The notes: a model not told the origin generated them from the sequence alone. A stretch of DNA of 64,000 nucleotides from Nitrospirota bacterium (GCA_963703955.1 CAVPGK010000016.1:64001-128000), one strand, 5' to 3'. Counted from the stretch's first letter, positions 8,519 to 19,287 are shown. Made by a program: numbers and translations.

Positions 8519-11443
8519 GTGGCCACAAAGAAATACGTCTACTTCTTTGGCGATGGGAAAGCCGAAGGCACCAGGGATATGAAGGAACTCCTGGGCGGCA
8601 AGGGCGCCGGCTTGGCGGAGATGACCAATCTAAAGATTTCGGTGCCGGCCGGATTCACCATCACAACCGAAGCCTGCATCGAGTATTACCGCCGTCGCAA
8701 GGTCTACCCCCCAGGTATGTGGGAAGAGGCGCTCCATGCCCTCAAGAAAGTCGAGCGTGCCATGGGGTCTCGATTCGGCGATCCGTCCAATCCGCTGTTG
8801 GTCTCGGTCCGGTCAGGAGCGCGGGCTTCGATGCCGGGCATGATGGACACCGTCCTGAACGTCGGCCTCAACAGCCGGACGGTCGAGGGATTGGCCGCCA
8901 AGACACGCAACGAACGATTCGCCTTCGATAGCTATCGGCGCTTCATCGCGATGTTCGGCCACATCGTCATGGGCATTCCGCGCGACCGTTTCGAAGACGC
9001 CCTGGCTCACAAGAAGACGGAGTGCGGCGCGAAGCTCGATACCGATCTCGATGCCAAGGCGCTCAAGGATCTGGCCATCCGCATGAAGGCGATGGTGACC
9101 AAGGAGACCGGACGAGACTTTCCTGACGACCCGCTCGAGCAGCTTCGCATGGGGATCAATGCGGTCTTTTCGTCCTGGTACGGGGCGCGAGCAGTGACCT
9201 ATCGGCGTCTCTACGATATTCCGGATGGTTGGGGCACCGCGGTCAGCGTCGTGGCAATGGTGTTCGGAAACATGGGCGAGACGAGCGGGACGGGCGTGGC
9301 CTTCACCCGTGATCCGGCGTCCGGGCAGCGGACCTTTTTCGGCGAATGTCTGTTGAATGCGCAAGGCGAAGATGTGGTGGCCGGTATTCGCACGCCGCTG
9401 CCGATCGACGCGCTGGCCAAATCGATGCCCCAGGCCTATAAGGAGTTGCTGGACACCTACAAGAAGCTGGAGAAGCACTACCGGGACATGCTCGATCTGG
9501 AGTTTACGATCCAGGAAGGTAAGCTCTACATGCTGCAGACCCGGGTCGGCAAGCGGACCGGCATCGCGGCGGTCCGGATCGCCGTCGATATGGTGAACGA
9601 GGGTCTGATCAGCAAACGCGAAGCCGTGCTCCGCGTCGGCCCCGACCAGTTGTCCCAGTACCTGTACCCAATCTTCGATGCTGCAGAAGAAGGGAAGCAT
9701 CCAACGATCGGCAAAGGACTGCCCGCCGGGCCCGGCGCGGCGGCCGGCAAGATCGCGCTGACGCCCGACAAGGCCGTGGACATGCACGCGCGCGGCGAAC
9801 GGGTGATTCTGGTCCGTCAGGAGACCAGCCCGGATGACATTCATGGCATGCACGCGGCCCAAGGCTTTCTGACCGCCAGAGGCGGCATGACGTCCCATGC
9901 GGCGGTGGTGGCTCGTCAGATGGGAAAAGTCTGCGTCGCCGGCTGTGAAGCCGTCGATGTCGACAGCGGCACGACGCTGAAAATCGGGGCCCTGACTTTA
10001 CGAGAGGGAGATTACCTCTCGATCAACGGCTTTACCGGCAATGTGTACGACGGCGATATTCCGGTCGTGGAGTCGGAGGTCATTCAAGTGATCCAAGGCA
10101 AACTGGATGCGCGACGATCGGAAAAGTATCGCATCTTCTCCACCTTCTTGAGTTGGGCCGACGAGTTCCGCGTGCTGAAGGTCCGGGCCAACGCGGACGT
10201 GCCCGATCAGGCAAAGATTGCGCGCGGGTTCGGCGCGGAAGGCATCGGGCTCTGCCGCACGGAGCATATGTTCTTTGCCGAAGATCGCGTGCCGATCATG
10301 CAGCGGATGATTCTTGCCCGGACACGGGAAGATCGGGAACGCTACCTGGAGCAATTGCTTCCGTTGCAGAAGCAGGACTTCATCGGACTGTACCGAGAGA
10401 TGAAGGGCTTCCCGGTCACGATTCGCCTACTCGATCCGCCGCTGCACGAGTTTCTGCCGAAGCGGGAAGATCTCATGGTGGAGATCGCGCGCCTCGAGTT
10501 GACCGGCGGTGACCCCGCCGTCATCGAAGAGAAGCGCCGCCTGCTTGAACGGGTTGAAGAACTGCACGAGTTCAATCCCATGCTGGGTTTGCGTGGGTGT
10601 CGATTGGGCATTACGATGCCGGAGATTACGCGGATGCAAACTCGAGCCATCATTGAAGCCGCGTGTGAAGTCGCTCGCGAAGGCAAAAAGATCGTGCCTG
10701 AGATTATGATTCCGTTGGTCGGCATGGTCTCGGAAATGAAGGCCCAGAAGGACCTGATCCGCGAGGTAGCGGATGAAACGCTCCGTCGGAGCGGCGCAAG
10801 CCTATCCTATCTGGTCGGGACGATGATCGAATTGCCCCGCGCGGCGGTCACCGCGCGCCACATTGCCGAGGAGGCGGAATTCTTTTCCTTCGGCACGAAC
10901 GACTTGACTCAAACCGCCTTTGGGTTCTCGCGTGATGATGCCGCCAAGTTCGTCTCCTTTTACATGAAGCGGCAGGACAGTTGCCCCGTCTGTCTGAGTC
11001 CGCAGGTCAACTGGAAGGAGATGGTGTGCCTGAGTTGCGGTGCCCACATCGCGACGAAAGCGGAGAATATTTTGGAAGCCGATCCGTTCGCCGTTCTGGA
11101 CCGGGAAGGTGTCGGGGCGATGATGCGGATGGCCATTTCGGAAGGTCGGGCAACGCGACCGGATATCAAACTCGGCATCTGTGGAGAGCACGGCGGTGAA
11201 CCGAGTTCCGTGGAGTTTTGCCATCAACTGGGGTTGGATTACGTCAGCTGCTCGCCCTACCGGGTCCCGATCGCCCGCCTAGCCGCAGCGCAGGCCGCGC
11301 TGACGAACCCTTCCGAACAAAAAGAGACTAAGAAGCCGGTGAAGGCGTCTGCAAAAGCTTCCAAGCGTTCAGTTCGCCGCACTCCTCAAGCCGCGGGCAA
11401 GCGCGGCAAGAGCCGTCGGACATCCCCCAGTCGGGCTCGGTGA
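8519..11443 (+). CDS. ppdK: Pyruvate phosphate dikinase
   Basis: KKYVYFF, LLGGKGAGLAEM, SVRSGARASMPGMMDT, GGMTSHAAVVAR (phospho-His), GIGLCRTEHMF, GTNDLTQ, GICGEHGG. GTG start with GAGGAG upstream. Confidence 0.97.
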   Translation: MATKKYVYFFGDGKAEGTRDMKELLGGKGAGLAEMTNLKISVPAGFTITTEACIEYYRRRKVYPPGMWEEALHALKKVERAMGSRFGDPSNPLLVSVRSGARASMPGMMDTVLNVGLNSRTVEGLAAKTRNERFAFDSYRRFIAMFGHIVMGIPRDRFEDALAHKKTECGAKLDTDLDAKALKDLAIRMKAMVTKETGRDFPDDPLEQLRMGINAVFSSWYGARAVTYRRLYDIPDGWGTAVSVVAMVFGNMGETSGTGVAFTRDPASGQRTFFGECLLNAQGEDVVAGIRTPLPIDALAKSMPQAYKELLDTYKKLEKHYRDMLDLEFTIQEGKLYMLQTRVGKRTGIAAVRIAVDMVNEGLISKREAVLRVGPDQLSQYLYPIFDAAEEGKHPTIGKGLPAGPGAAAGKIALTPDKAVDMHARGERVILVRQETSPDDIHGMHAAQGFLTARGGMTSHAAVVARQMGKVCVAGCEAVDVDSGTTLKIGALTLREGDYLSINGFTGNVYDGDIPVVESEVIQVIQGKLDARRSEKYRIFSTFLSWADEFRVLKVRANADVPDQAKIARGFGAEGIGLCRTEHMFFAEDRVPIMQRMILARTREDRERYLEQLLPLQKQDFIGLYREMKGFPVTIRLLDPPLHEFLPKREDLMVEIARLELTGGDPAVIEEKRRLLERVEELHEFNPMLGLRGCRLGITMPEITRMQTRAIIEAACEVAREGKKIVPEIMIPLVGMVSEMKAQKDLIREVADETLRRSGASLSYLVGTMIELPRAAVTARHIAEEAEFFSFGTNDLTQTAFGFSRDDAAKFVSFYMKRQDSCPVCLSPQVNWKEMVCLSCGAHIATKAENILEADPFAVLDREGVGAMMRMAISEGRATRPDIKLGICGEHGGEPSSVEFCHQLGLDYVSCSPYRVPIARLAAAQAALTNPSEQKETKKPVKASAKASKRSVRRTPQAAGKRGKSRRTSPSRAR

Positions 11444-12568
11444 AAGTCGACGACCGCGACGCGATCTACATGGCGAAGGCGCTTCGTCTGGCCGCCAAGG
11501 GGCGGGGAGACACGTCCCCCAATCCGATGGTGGGCGCGGTCGTGGTCTCGAAAAATCGCGCCGTCGGGCACGGGTACCATCGCCGCGCCGGCGGCCCCCA
11601 TGCCGAGGTGATCGCCCTGAAGGCGGCGGGTAACCGTGCCCGGGGCGGCACCCTCTACGTGACCCTCGAGCCGTGCTGTCATACCAGTAAACGTACGCCT
11701 CCGTGCGTTCCTACCATCATCGCCTCGAAGCTCCGCCGCGTCGTCGTCGCTGTGCAAGATCCCAACCCTCACGTGCAGGGACGCGGCATCAGCCTACTCC
11801 GCCGGGCCGGGATCGATGTCGCCGTAGGCTGTCTGCGTGGTCGAGCGGAACGTTTGAACGAGGCATATATCCACTGGATCTCGCACAGGACGACCATTCG
11901 TGCTGATGAAAGCGGCCATGACGTTGGATGGGAAGATCGCGACGGCCGCCGGCGAGTCACAATGGATTACGGGAGAATCCGCCAGGCTGGAAACTCATCG
12001 CCTCCGTCGGCGGGTGGACGCCGTCATGGTTGGGATCGGAACAATCCTGAAGGACGATCCACAGTTAACTGCCAGGATGTCATCCAAACAGTCTTCCCGG
12101 GCCACCGGCCGGCAGCCCATCCGTGTAGTCGTGGACAGCCGACTCCGTATTCCGCTCAATGCCAAGGTTGCGTTGCCTTCGTCGTCAAGCCGCACCATTA
12201 TTGTGACCACGAAACTGGCCCCGACACACCGCATCAAAGCGCTGCGAGCCCGGGGCATCACCATTCTGACCGTTCCCGTCTATCAAGGACGAGTCTCCTT
12301 AGAGAGTTGTCTTACGGCTTTGGGCAAGATGGAGATCATCTCCATCATGCTCGAAGGCGGGAGCGAACTAAATGCCTCAGCCTTACGTGCTGGATTGGTG
12401 AACCGCGTGCGTTTCTACATTGCGCCGATGCTCCTTGGGGGGTGGGATGCCAAAGGGGTGGTCGGAGGCCGTTCGCCCAAGCAACTCGTCGATGCTCTCG
12501 CCCTGGAAGACATGACCATCAAGCGTGTCGGACAGGACCTCGTTCTGGAGGCGCGTATCCATTCGTGA
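11440..12568 (+). CDS. ribD: Bifunctional riboflavin biosynthesis deaminase/reductase (frameshift near 11890)
   Basis: PNPMVGAV, HAE, YVTLEPCCH, RTPPC in the first frame; KAAMTLDGKIA, SQWITG, DDPQLTAR, LEGG in the second frame. Confidence 0.92.
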
Positions 12569-12716
12569 ACGTGTACGTACTCATTTGGATACGTTCCAAA
12601 GTCATGCGCAGACCCCTAGAACCCCCTGTATTCCCTCTCCCATCATAAGTGCCTAATAACACTTAGGTTAAAATACCTATTATATGAGGCATCGGTTTTG
12701 CTGAAGCCTGAGCCCA

Positions 12717-13412
12717 ATGACACACATGGCTCAGACAACAATCAGCATACAACCGGACACGATGGCTCTCCTCAGTTCGCTCGGAGCGCCTTTCGACCTC
12801 CAAGATGTGGAAACATTCACGCATTGCCAGCGAACAGCCGGCTACGCCCTCATTCTTGGGCGCCGGTTGGGGCTTTCGATGGAGAACCTGCTAACGCTGG
12901 AACGGGGAGTGTTCCTGCACGACATGGGCAACGTACACATTCCCGACCGAATTCTCAAGAAGACTGCGCCTCTGTCCGACGCGGAATGGAAGGTCATGAA
13001 AAGCCACGTCGTGACCGGTTATGCCATGCTGAGTACGGTTCCGTCATTGCACGACGTCGCGGCCATCGTGTTGGCACATCATGAACGCTACAATGGAACC
13101 GGCTATCCTCACCGGCTGGAAGGGGAGGACATTCCCTTCGGCGCTCGGATCTGCGCGGTGGCTGACTGCCTGGACGCGTTGACCTCGCTCGATCAGATCG
13201 GCCGACGCCCGATGAACTTCTTCGACGCATGCCGGTACATCGCCTCCGAACGCGAGACCCGGTTTGATCCTCGCGTCGTCGACGCTATGCTGTCGGTTTC
13301 GACAGTGGAATGGTGTCGCCTTCAGCGCTCGGTCTCTCCGCCTTGCATTTCGCCGGCACGAGGACGGGAATCAGCCATCTTTCAGAGAGCTCGTGTTCAG
13401 CGGCCATTTTGA
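12717..13412 (+). CDS. Stand-alone HD-GYP domain protein
   Basis: LHDMG, IPDRILKK, HHERYNGTGYP, GEDIPFGARICAVAD, FDPRVV. Confidence 0.88.
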   Translation: MTHMAQTTISIQPDTMALLSSLGAPFDLQDVETFTHCQRTAGYALILGRRLGLSMENLLTLERGVFLHDMGNVHIPDRILKKTAPLSDAEWKVMKSHVVTGYAMLSTVPSLHDVAAIVLAHHERYNGTGYPHRLEGEDIPFGARICAVADCLDALTSLDQIGRRPMNFFDACRYIASERETRFDPRVVDAMLSVSTVEWCRLQRSVSPPCISPARGRESAIFQRARVQRPF

Positions 13413-13584
13413 CAAGCCCGCCGCAAAGGTGGTAGCGTGCTGAGGTGTTGGGCAAGTTTACTTCGAACGTGATTGCCTCCCTCGGTTTGACACATTTCTT
13501 TCCTCTTTCGTCGTTGTATCCCCTAGGCGGCCACTTCACGAAATTGATAGTCATTTCATCTCTCACCGTGGTGCTTGGTGTCGG

Positions 13585-14840
13585 ATGGTCTCCCGGGCCT
13601 CACCATTTCCTCGGCTCTTGACACGACGGGTGCCGGAAACCACCTCGCTCTCCTTGCTTGTTCAGGAATACCTTGGGACGGCGGATGCCGACCAGGCTGC
13701 GAGCATGCTGGCGGGCATCCTCAGACACCCGCAGGCCGATCTTGCCGGTGTCGAGGCCGCTATTCGTGTTGAGCCGACTCGAACTATGCAGCCGGTCGGA
13801 TCTCATCCAGGCGTTCCGGTTCGCGTCCATGAACGGACGTCTCGGTATGGGTTGTATGTGCCGCTATCGTATGTTCCGATCAAAGAGTACGCCCTGGTCA
13901 TCTGCCTGCATGGCGCAGGATTTTCGGGCGACAGCTATCTCGAACGCTGGCAAACCCGTCTCGGTGAGGACTATATTCTCGCCTGTCCCTCTTCCCCACA
14001 GGGTGTGTGGTGGACGCGTGAGGCGGCCGACTTGGTCCTGACGACCATGCGCGACGTCCAAGCTCGCTATCGGGTTGATCCGGATCGGATCTTTCTCACC
14101 GGCATGTCCAACGGGGGGATCGGGGTCTATCTGATCGGCAGCCATTACGCCCCCGTCTTTGCGGGCTTAGCGCCCATGGCCGGCGGTCTCGATGATGTGC
14201 TCTTTCCGCTTTTGGAAAACCTTCGGAACACTCCCGTGTATGTGATCCATGGCGCGAAAGATCAGGTCATGCCGGTTCAACTGAGCCGTTCGATCACCAA
14301 GGAGTTGACTCGTCTCGGCTACTCCTTTCGTCTATCGGGAGCATGATCGGACGCATCCGGTCGCCGGAGGACATTATTTTCCTCGGGAGGAATTGCCCGA
14401 TCTCGTCGCATGGTTCGGCACGTCGCCGACGCGATCCGCTGCCCAAAAAGCTCACCGTGGTGCGGGACGCGACACATCTGATCCCGTTCTGGTGGGTCCG
14501 GATTGATGCGACCGATCGGATTGCGTCGTTCAGCGATGGTTTGACCGACAGTCGCGACGAAGCCATCACGAACCGCCGCTTTGCCAAACTGGACGCGGAA
14601 TTTACGGCGCCGAATCGGATTGAGGTGAAGACGGAGCAGGTGAGGCGGTACAGCCTTTTCTTGAATGAGTCCCTCGTCGACTTTTCCAAGCCGGTCACGG
14701 TCGTCACCAACGGGAAGACCAATTATGAAGGCCCCGTCGTCCCTCGACTCGAGACGCTGCTACGGGAAGCGCGCCTGCGCCAGGACCGCCGTGTGCTGTT
14801 CCCGGCTGTCCTGACTCTCCAGGTGGAGAGCGGCTCATGA
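13585..14840 (+). CDS. Alpha/beta-hydrolase (esterase/peptidase-like), frameshift near 14330
   Basis: LVICLHGAG, VDPDRIFLTGMSNGG (GxSxGG nucleophile), HGAKDQV; continues in ORF 14343-14840. Confidence 0.78.
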
Positions 14841-14979
14841 TCAGATGGGCAGGCACAGCCATCGCAAGCATCTTGTCGGTGAATGCGCCGTCCACCCCAG
14901 CCACCGACGAGTATCAGGTTCCTGCTGAGCAGGGAAGCGCGACCGTTCCCGAGACCTCCGTCCTTTTCTCCTCCTCCCC

Positions 14980-16146
14980 ATGAGCCGAGACCGCACCTTT
15001 GTCCTGCTCTGCGGGATCGGCATCTTTTGTTTCATCAGTTATAACCTAGTCCGCATGCCGGTCTTGGCGCTGTTTGCGCAATCATTAGGCGCGGGGCCGG
15101 AAGCCATTGGCCTGATTGTCTCGGTCTCGACCCTGACGGGCGTCTTTTTGAAGCTTCCCTCCGGCGCGCTCTCCGATATTTATGGCCGCCGCCTGCTCCT
15201 GCGGGTTGGCGTCGTCGCATTCGGGCTTCCGCCGTTTGTCTATCCGTTCGTGTCCGATCTTGAAGTCTTGACTGGGTTGCGCTTCGTGCATGGTCTTGCG
15301 ACCGCGATCTTCGCCCCCAGTGCGCTGGCTACTGTCGCAGAACTCTACCGGGAACGGCGTGGGGCCGCCCTTGGAACCTACACGGCCTGTACCCAGACCG
15401 GAGCGCTGCTGGGGCCGGTGCTCGGAGGGTGGCTCGCCCATTCCGCCGGTTTCCCTACGACCTTTGTGACGGCCGGCGTGCTGGGCTGCATCGGCTCGAT
15501 TCTCTTCTACAGCTTGCGTCTCAATCCGCCGGCGCCCCGCTCCGCGGAGAAAGGGATCGGACCTGTGCTGGCCGACATGTGGAAAGGATTTCGTGTCGTC
15601 GCGAGCAATCTTCGCGTACTGGTGACTAGTTCGACGGACGCCGCGAAGATGATCGCCAATGGCGCGCTCATGGCCTTTCTCCCGATCTACGGTCTCTCCG
15701 TGGGCTTGAATTCCGGAGAGGTCGGCCTGCTGTTCGGAATCCAGGGGATCACGTCGTTTCTGTCCAAACCGATCATGGGGCGGGTCTCGGATCGGGTCGG
15801 CCGTCGGCCGCTCATCATCCTCGGCCTGCTCATTTGCGCAATCACGTTCGTGCTAATCCCGCAAGCGACGACGCTGCCGGTTCTGCTGCTCCTGGCCGCG
15901 GGATTCGGATTCGGCGAGGCGGTCGTCTCGTCTTCCACCTCGGCGCTCGTGGCGGACCTGTCCGAACTGAAAACACTGGGCGCCGGAATGGGCATGCAGG
16001 GCACGATTATGGACATCGGGCACGCGAGCGGTCCGCTCCTGGCCGGATTCTTGATCGCGCACACCAGCTATCCGGTCGCCTTTACGGTCATCGCCGCCAT
16101 CCAGCTCGTCGCAGCCGCCGTGTTCTGGGCGCTTGTCCGCCGGTGA
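14980..16146 (+). CDS. MFS transporter
   Basis: About 12 hydrophobic segments; motif A twice (GALSDIYGRR, GRVSDRVGRR). Confidence 0.93.
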   Translation: MSRDRTFVLLCGIGIFCFISYNLVRMPVLALFAQSLGAGPEAIGLIVSVSTLTGVFLKLPSGALSDIYGRRLLLRVGVVAFGLPPFVYPFVSDLEVLTGLRFVHGLATAIFAPSALATVAELYRERRGAALGTYTACTQTGALLGPVLGGWLAHSAGFPTTFVTAGVLGCIGSILFYSLRLNPPAPRSAEKGIGPVLADMWKGFRVVASNLRVLVTSSTDAAKMIANGALMAFLPIYGLSVGLNSGEVGLLFGIQGITSFLSKPIMGRVSDRVGRRPLIILGLLICAITFVLIPQATTLPVLLLLAAGFGFGEAVVSSSTSALVADLSELKTLGAGMGMQGTIMDIGHASGPLLAGFLIAHTSYPVAFTVIAAIQLVAAAVFWALVRR

Positions 16147-16174
16147 TGAGCGCATCGAGTTCCACAACCCCGAG

Positions 16175-16183
16175 TGCTATAAT
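16175..16183 (+). promoter_or_regulatory. Extended -10 promoter element
   Basis: TGCTATAAT, 28 nt upstream of the small ORF at 16212. Confidence 0.5.
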
Positions 16184-16211
16184 GCCGTGAATTAGACGCG
16201 GAGACAGAGCG

Positions 16212-16325
16212 ATGAGCGGCGAGATGGGAACAGGGGATATCGTTGTGGGGGCGCTTGCCGCGATCGGAGTCGTGGTATTGGTCGTCGTCTTCGTCATCGT
16301 GTTCAAACAGGTCATGTTGAAATAG
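16212..16325 (+). CDS. Small single-pass membrane protein (37 aa, below ORF-track cutoff)
   Basis: MSGEMGTGDIVVGALAAIGVVVLVVVFVIVFKQVMLK*; one clear TM helix and its own TGnTATAAT. Confidence 0.65.
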   Translation: MSGEMGTGDIVVGALAAIGVVVLVVVFVIVFKQVMLK

Positions 16326-16679
16326 GCGCACTTGGACTATAGCATGCCTAGTCGATCTTTGTAGGAATCTGCATGAGAACCGTCGATCGCTGCGTCGGGT
16401 GAGCGGCTCGCGCTCGGTCGGAGAGCTCAGGCGATTCATTCGACGGCGAGCGGCAAACGATCATGAGCAGTAGGACACCCTTGCGGCTTCGGCACCTACC
16501 GATCAGTTTACATGATTCACAAGGATCGGACAGGATTCGAAAGCAAATAAGCTCGGTGAGCTGTGGACCTTCAACGACTGCCTTCGCGGGAGGGTGAGAT
16601 TGTGAACGTGGGATTCGCCGAACTCAGCGAACGTGCTGACGAGTTCATTCAGGAGCGAAGAAGAACTATAGGTGTGTCT

Positions 16680-17336
16680 GTGTTCACCGGGATTGTCGAA
16701 GAAATGGGCGCGGTGAAGGCGCTGGACAAAAGCCCGGTGGGAGTGAGGCTGAGCATTTTGGCTGCTGCCGTCATGGATGATTTGCCCGTCGGCGCGAGTG
16801 TCAGCGTCAACGGCACATGCTTGACCGTGGTCTCGGCCGGCGATCGCGAATTTGCCGTCGATGTCTCGACCGAAACACTGTCGGTGACGACCCTCGGCAA
16901 GCTGGCCGCCGGTTCTCCGGTGAATCTCGAACGCGCCATGAAAATTCACGCTCGACTGGGCGGCCATCTGGTAGCCGGTCATGTGGATGCGATGGGATCG
17001 ATTCGCAGCCGGCGGCAGGACGGGAACACGCTGCTGCTAACGATCGAGGTGCCGAAGGAGATCTTGCGCTACTGTGTGCCGAAAGGGTCGATTACGGTCG
17101 ATGGGATCAGCCTGACGATCAACGAACTCACCGACCGGTCGTTCAGTGTAGCGATCATTCCGCACACCGCGAAAGTGACCACGTTGGGGCTAAAGCAGCC
17201 CGGGGATCTCGTGAATCTGGAATCCGATCTGATCGGTAAGTACGTCGAACGGCTCCTGCAGGAACGGGGTCAACTCCCGCCAAAGCCGGCGCCTGTCATC
17301 GATAAGGATTATCTACAGAAACGCGGGTTGATCTGA
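16680..17336 (+). CDS. ribE: Riboflavin synthase (alpha chain; RibC in E. coli nomenclature)
   Basis: GTG start giving MFTGIVEE; SVNGTCLTV, VNLERA, RLGGHLVAGHVD, KGSITVDGISLT, IIPHT. Confidence 0.95.
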   Translation: MFTGIVEEMGAVKALDKSPVGVRLSILAAAVMDDLPVGASVSVNGTCLTVVSAGDREFAVDVSTETLSVTTLGKLAAGSPVNLERAMKIHARLGGHLVAGHVDAMGSIRSRRQDGNTLLLTIEVPKEILRYCVPKGSITVDGISLTINELTDRSFSVAIIPHTAKVTTLGLKQPGDLVNLESDLIGKYVERLLQERGQLPPKPAPVIDKDYLQKRGLI

Positions 17337-17415
17337 ACGACAGAAGTAACAACTCTCAGCAGTCAGCCTTCTGCCTAAGCCCTTTCATTCCCTTCCGAAT
17401 CCACCGGCAAAGGAA

Positions 17416-17976
17416 TCAAGAGAAGATTTCTTCCACTCTGAGCGTAACGTGCGAAAGGAGAACCAGTGAGAGCGAAGTATGACCTGATGCCATTGAGAAC
17501 GTCCGGTACTGGTTGCCGGACGGATCACGGAAGATGTGGACTTCCTGGCGGTTGAGATCGACCAGCCAAACTTCGGGAATACCAGCTTCAGCGTAACGCG
17601 GGACTTTATCCGACCGATCCGTTTCTAAGGAAGTGTCGGAAACTTCGATCACCAACAAGACATCCTCAGGACAGGGTGCCCGGTCGCGATAGCGGTTGGC
17701 TTTGGGACGAAGGAGAGCCAAATCAGGGTACAGCTCAGCGTTGTTCGTTAACTGGAGAGGATTCTGGACATGGACCACGATGTCTGCAGAAACCCGCTGG
17801 ATGAGCAGCCTGGTCAGCCAATCAACACACGCGGCATGCTGAGGCCCAATTGGAGTCATCGGGATGATCTCTCCATCAATTAGTTCAACACGGTCGTCTT
17901 CCTTGAGAATACCTACCTCGGCCATTCGGTGAAACTCCTTAACCGAAAACCGGCGTGTCCGCACAGAACTGGTCAT
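17416..17976 (-). CDS. Uma2-family (PD-(D/E)XK) endonuclease-like protein
   Basis: RRFSVKEFHRM, RVELIDGEI, PDLALL, LVIEVSDTSL, DKVPRYAEAGIPEVWLVDL. Confidence 0.9.
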   Translation of the reverse strand: MTSSVRTRRFSVKEFHRMAEVGILKEDDRVELIDGEIIPMTPIGPQHAACVDWLTRLLIQRVSADIVVHVQNPLQLTNNAELYPDLALLRPKANRYRDRAPCPEDVLLVIEVSDTSLETDRSDKVPRYAEAGIPEVWLVDLNRQEVHIFRDPSGNQYRTFSMASGHTSLSLVLLSHVTLRVEEIFS

Positions 17977-18271
17977 TGTTCCAACCCTTCGAAACGCTTG
18001 TATTGGTAACATAGCGAGCTTGGTGCAACGAGTCAACGTCGAGCCGCGGGGTACGCTTCACAATGAAGCCAACCATCCGAAAAACCGAGGGGAGCCCAGG
18101 CCTTCCTGCGCTAGGCAAGGGGCGACTTCCAACGGGGCCGAACGTAGGGATTGCATGGCCTGTGGCGTGGCGAAGGCGAAGGGTGCCGCTCGCGTTCGTC
18201 GTTGGCGACTTCGTGCGGACGATGTGATTGTGGTGGTTGGATGGCGGGTGAACGAATCGCCCCACGCTTTG

Positions 18272-18645
18272 CTAGTCGTCCGCTCGGTAGTCGAACTCGA
18301 TGTCCGCCAAAAGCCAAAACGCCGAAATCTTGCCGTCGCGGAGATGGTAGAAATAGTTGGCTTCCGCGGAAATGGGTTGTCCGGAGGCCAGCTTCGCCGT
18401 GAACGCGAAACGGATCGCGAATTTGTCCTCCGCGGCAATGATGTCCTGGATGTCGTAGGTCGGATCCGTGTAACGTGGGTGGTCCGTCACGAGGCGATGG
18501 ACGACGTCGTCATAGTTCAGCCGCTGCTTGCGGTGGTAGCCGACCACGTCGCGTTGGTAGAAGCGTGGAACGGCTTCAGCGTCGAGCGGCAGCCGACCTC
18601 CCGCATGAGCCGCTCGGCGAACTTCAGGGTCTCCTGGCTGTTCAT
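18272..18645 (-). CDS. SnoaL-like/ester cyclase (NTF2 fold) protein, frameshift near 18590
   Basis: GAAGGAGG RBS then MNSQETLKFAERLMREV; continues LPLDAEAVPRFY...IQDIIAAEDKFAIRF...YHLRDGKISAFW. Confidence 0.72.
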
Positions 18646-18690
18646 GATCAGGCCTCCTTCGCGCCGCCCGCTGCGAGAGCATGCACCAGT

Positions 18691-19004
18691 TCAATGAGTC
18701 GATTCCTTCTCTCGCGCGAACCGGAATGTGGCCGCCTCCGGTGTCGCCCAATATGCCCGCTCAGGGGCGCGCCGCTTGCGGCCTGTCCGCTGTGGGGCGT
18801 GATCCAGCCCCAGCCCGGCACGCGCCTCACGAGCAACAAGAAACGCGGTACGAAGGAACGCAGCGCAGATAAGCGCCCTGACTACGACGTCGGGCCAAGG
18901 AGAAAGCATCATCCACACCGCCAACGGCGCCAGCAACACGGAGACGTTTGCGATGAGGTCGTTTCACGAGCAGAACCAGACCGGCCGCAACCGGAGATTC
19001 AGAT
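18691..19004 (-). pseudogene. C-terminal relic of a cation diffusion facilitator (CzcD-like) transporter
   Basis: Reads NLNLRLRPVWFCS*NDLIANVSVLLAPLAVWMMLSPWPDVVV..., matching the CDF motif NMRSVWLCSRND...WPD with an in-frame TGA. N-terminus missing. Confidence 0.6.
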
Positions 19005-19209
19005 TTCCTCAACACGGATTCGTATCCGCCCGGCTGACTCCTCAGAACGGGGCTTTGGATTGTCGGACCCCCCCAGCCGCGATCGTCTCAGTGTCCACTT
19101 CGGCGCAGAAAGCCAAGAAATTCTCTGCCAATTCAGCCAGAATTCCCGATCGGGTCTTGGTATCAACGGGTGCCGCGAACCAAGAACGATAGGTCAGAGC
19201 CATGAGGGG

Positions 19210-19287
19210 GCCTAACGCCCCGCATCACCTGCCGGCGGAGGCGGGCGAAGCCCGCTGTAGCCGGTCAGGTGGATGCGGATGTTATGC
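19210..19287 (-). mobile_element. Integron attC-like recombination site (solitary)
   Basis: Minus strand GCATAAC-atccgcatccacctgaccggc...gccggcaggtgatgcgggg-c-GTTAGGC: AAC/GTTRRRY core boxes and a long imperfect hairpin with extrahelical bases. Stop TAA of ORF 19282-19581 lies in the R'' box. Confidence 0.8.

Noticed and set aside
8813..9898. Long antisense ORFs over ppdK and other core genes
   Set aside because: Typical shadow ORFs of GC-rich coding DNA with no recognisable motifs.
11300..11443. Lys/Arg-rich PPDK tail as a DNA-binding module
   Set aside because: Low-complexity basic tail; similar tails occur on other genes here (glyQ), and there is no further support.
11890..12648. Novel C-terminal domain on the RibD deaminase (402-aa ORF)
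   Set aside because: It is the out-of-frame reading of the reductase domain after an indel.
16326..16679. Possible FMN riboswitch upstream of ribE
   Set aside because: None of the conserved RFN-element segments could be found by eye.
18964..18966. In-frame TGA as selenocysteine in the CDF-like fragment
   Set aside because: It aligns to an Arg position (likely CGA to TGA) in a truncated relic; no SECIS is evident.
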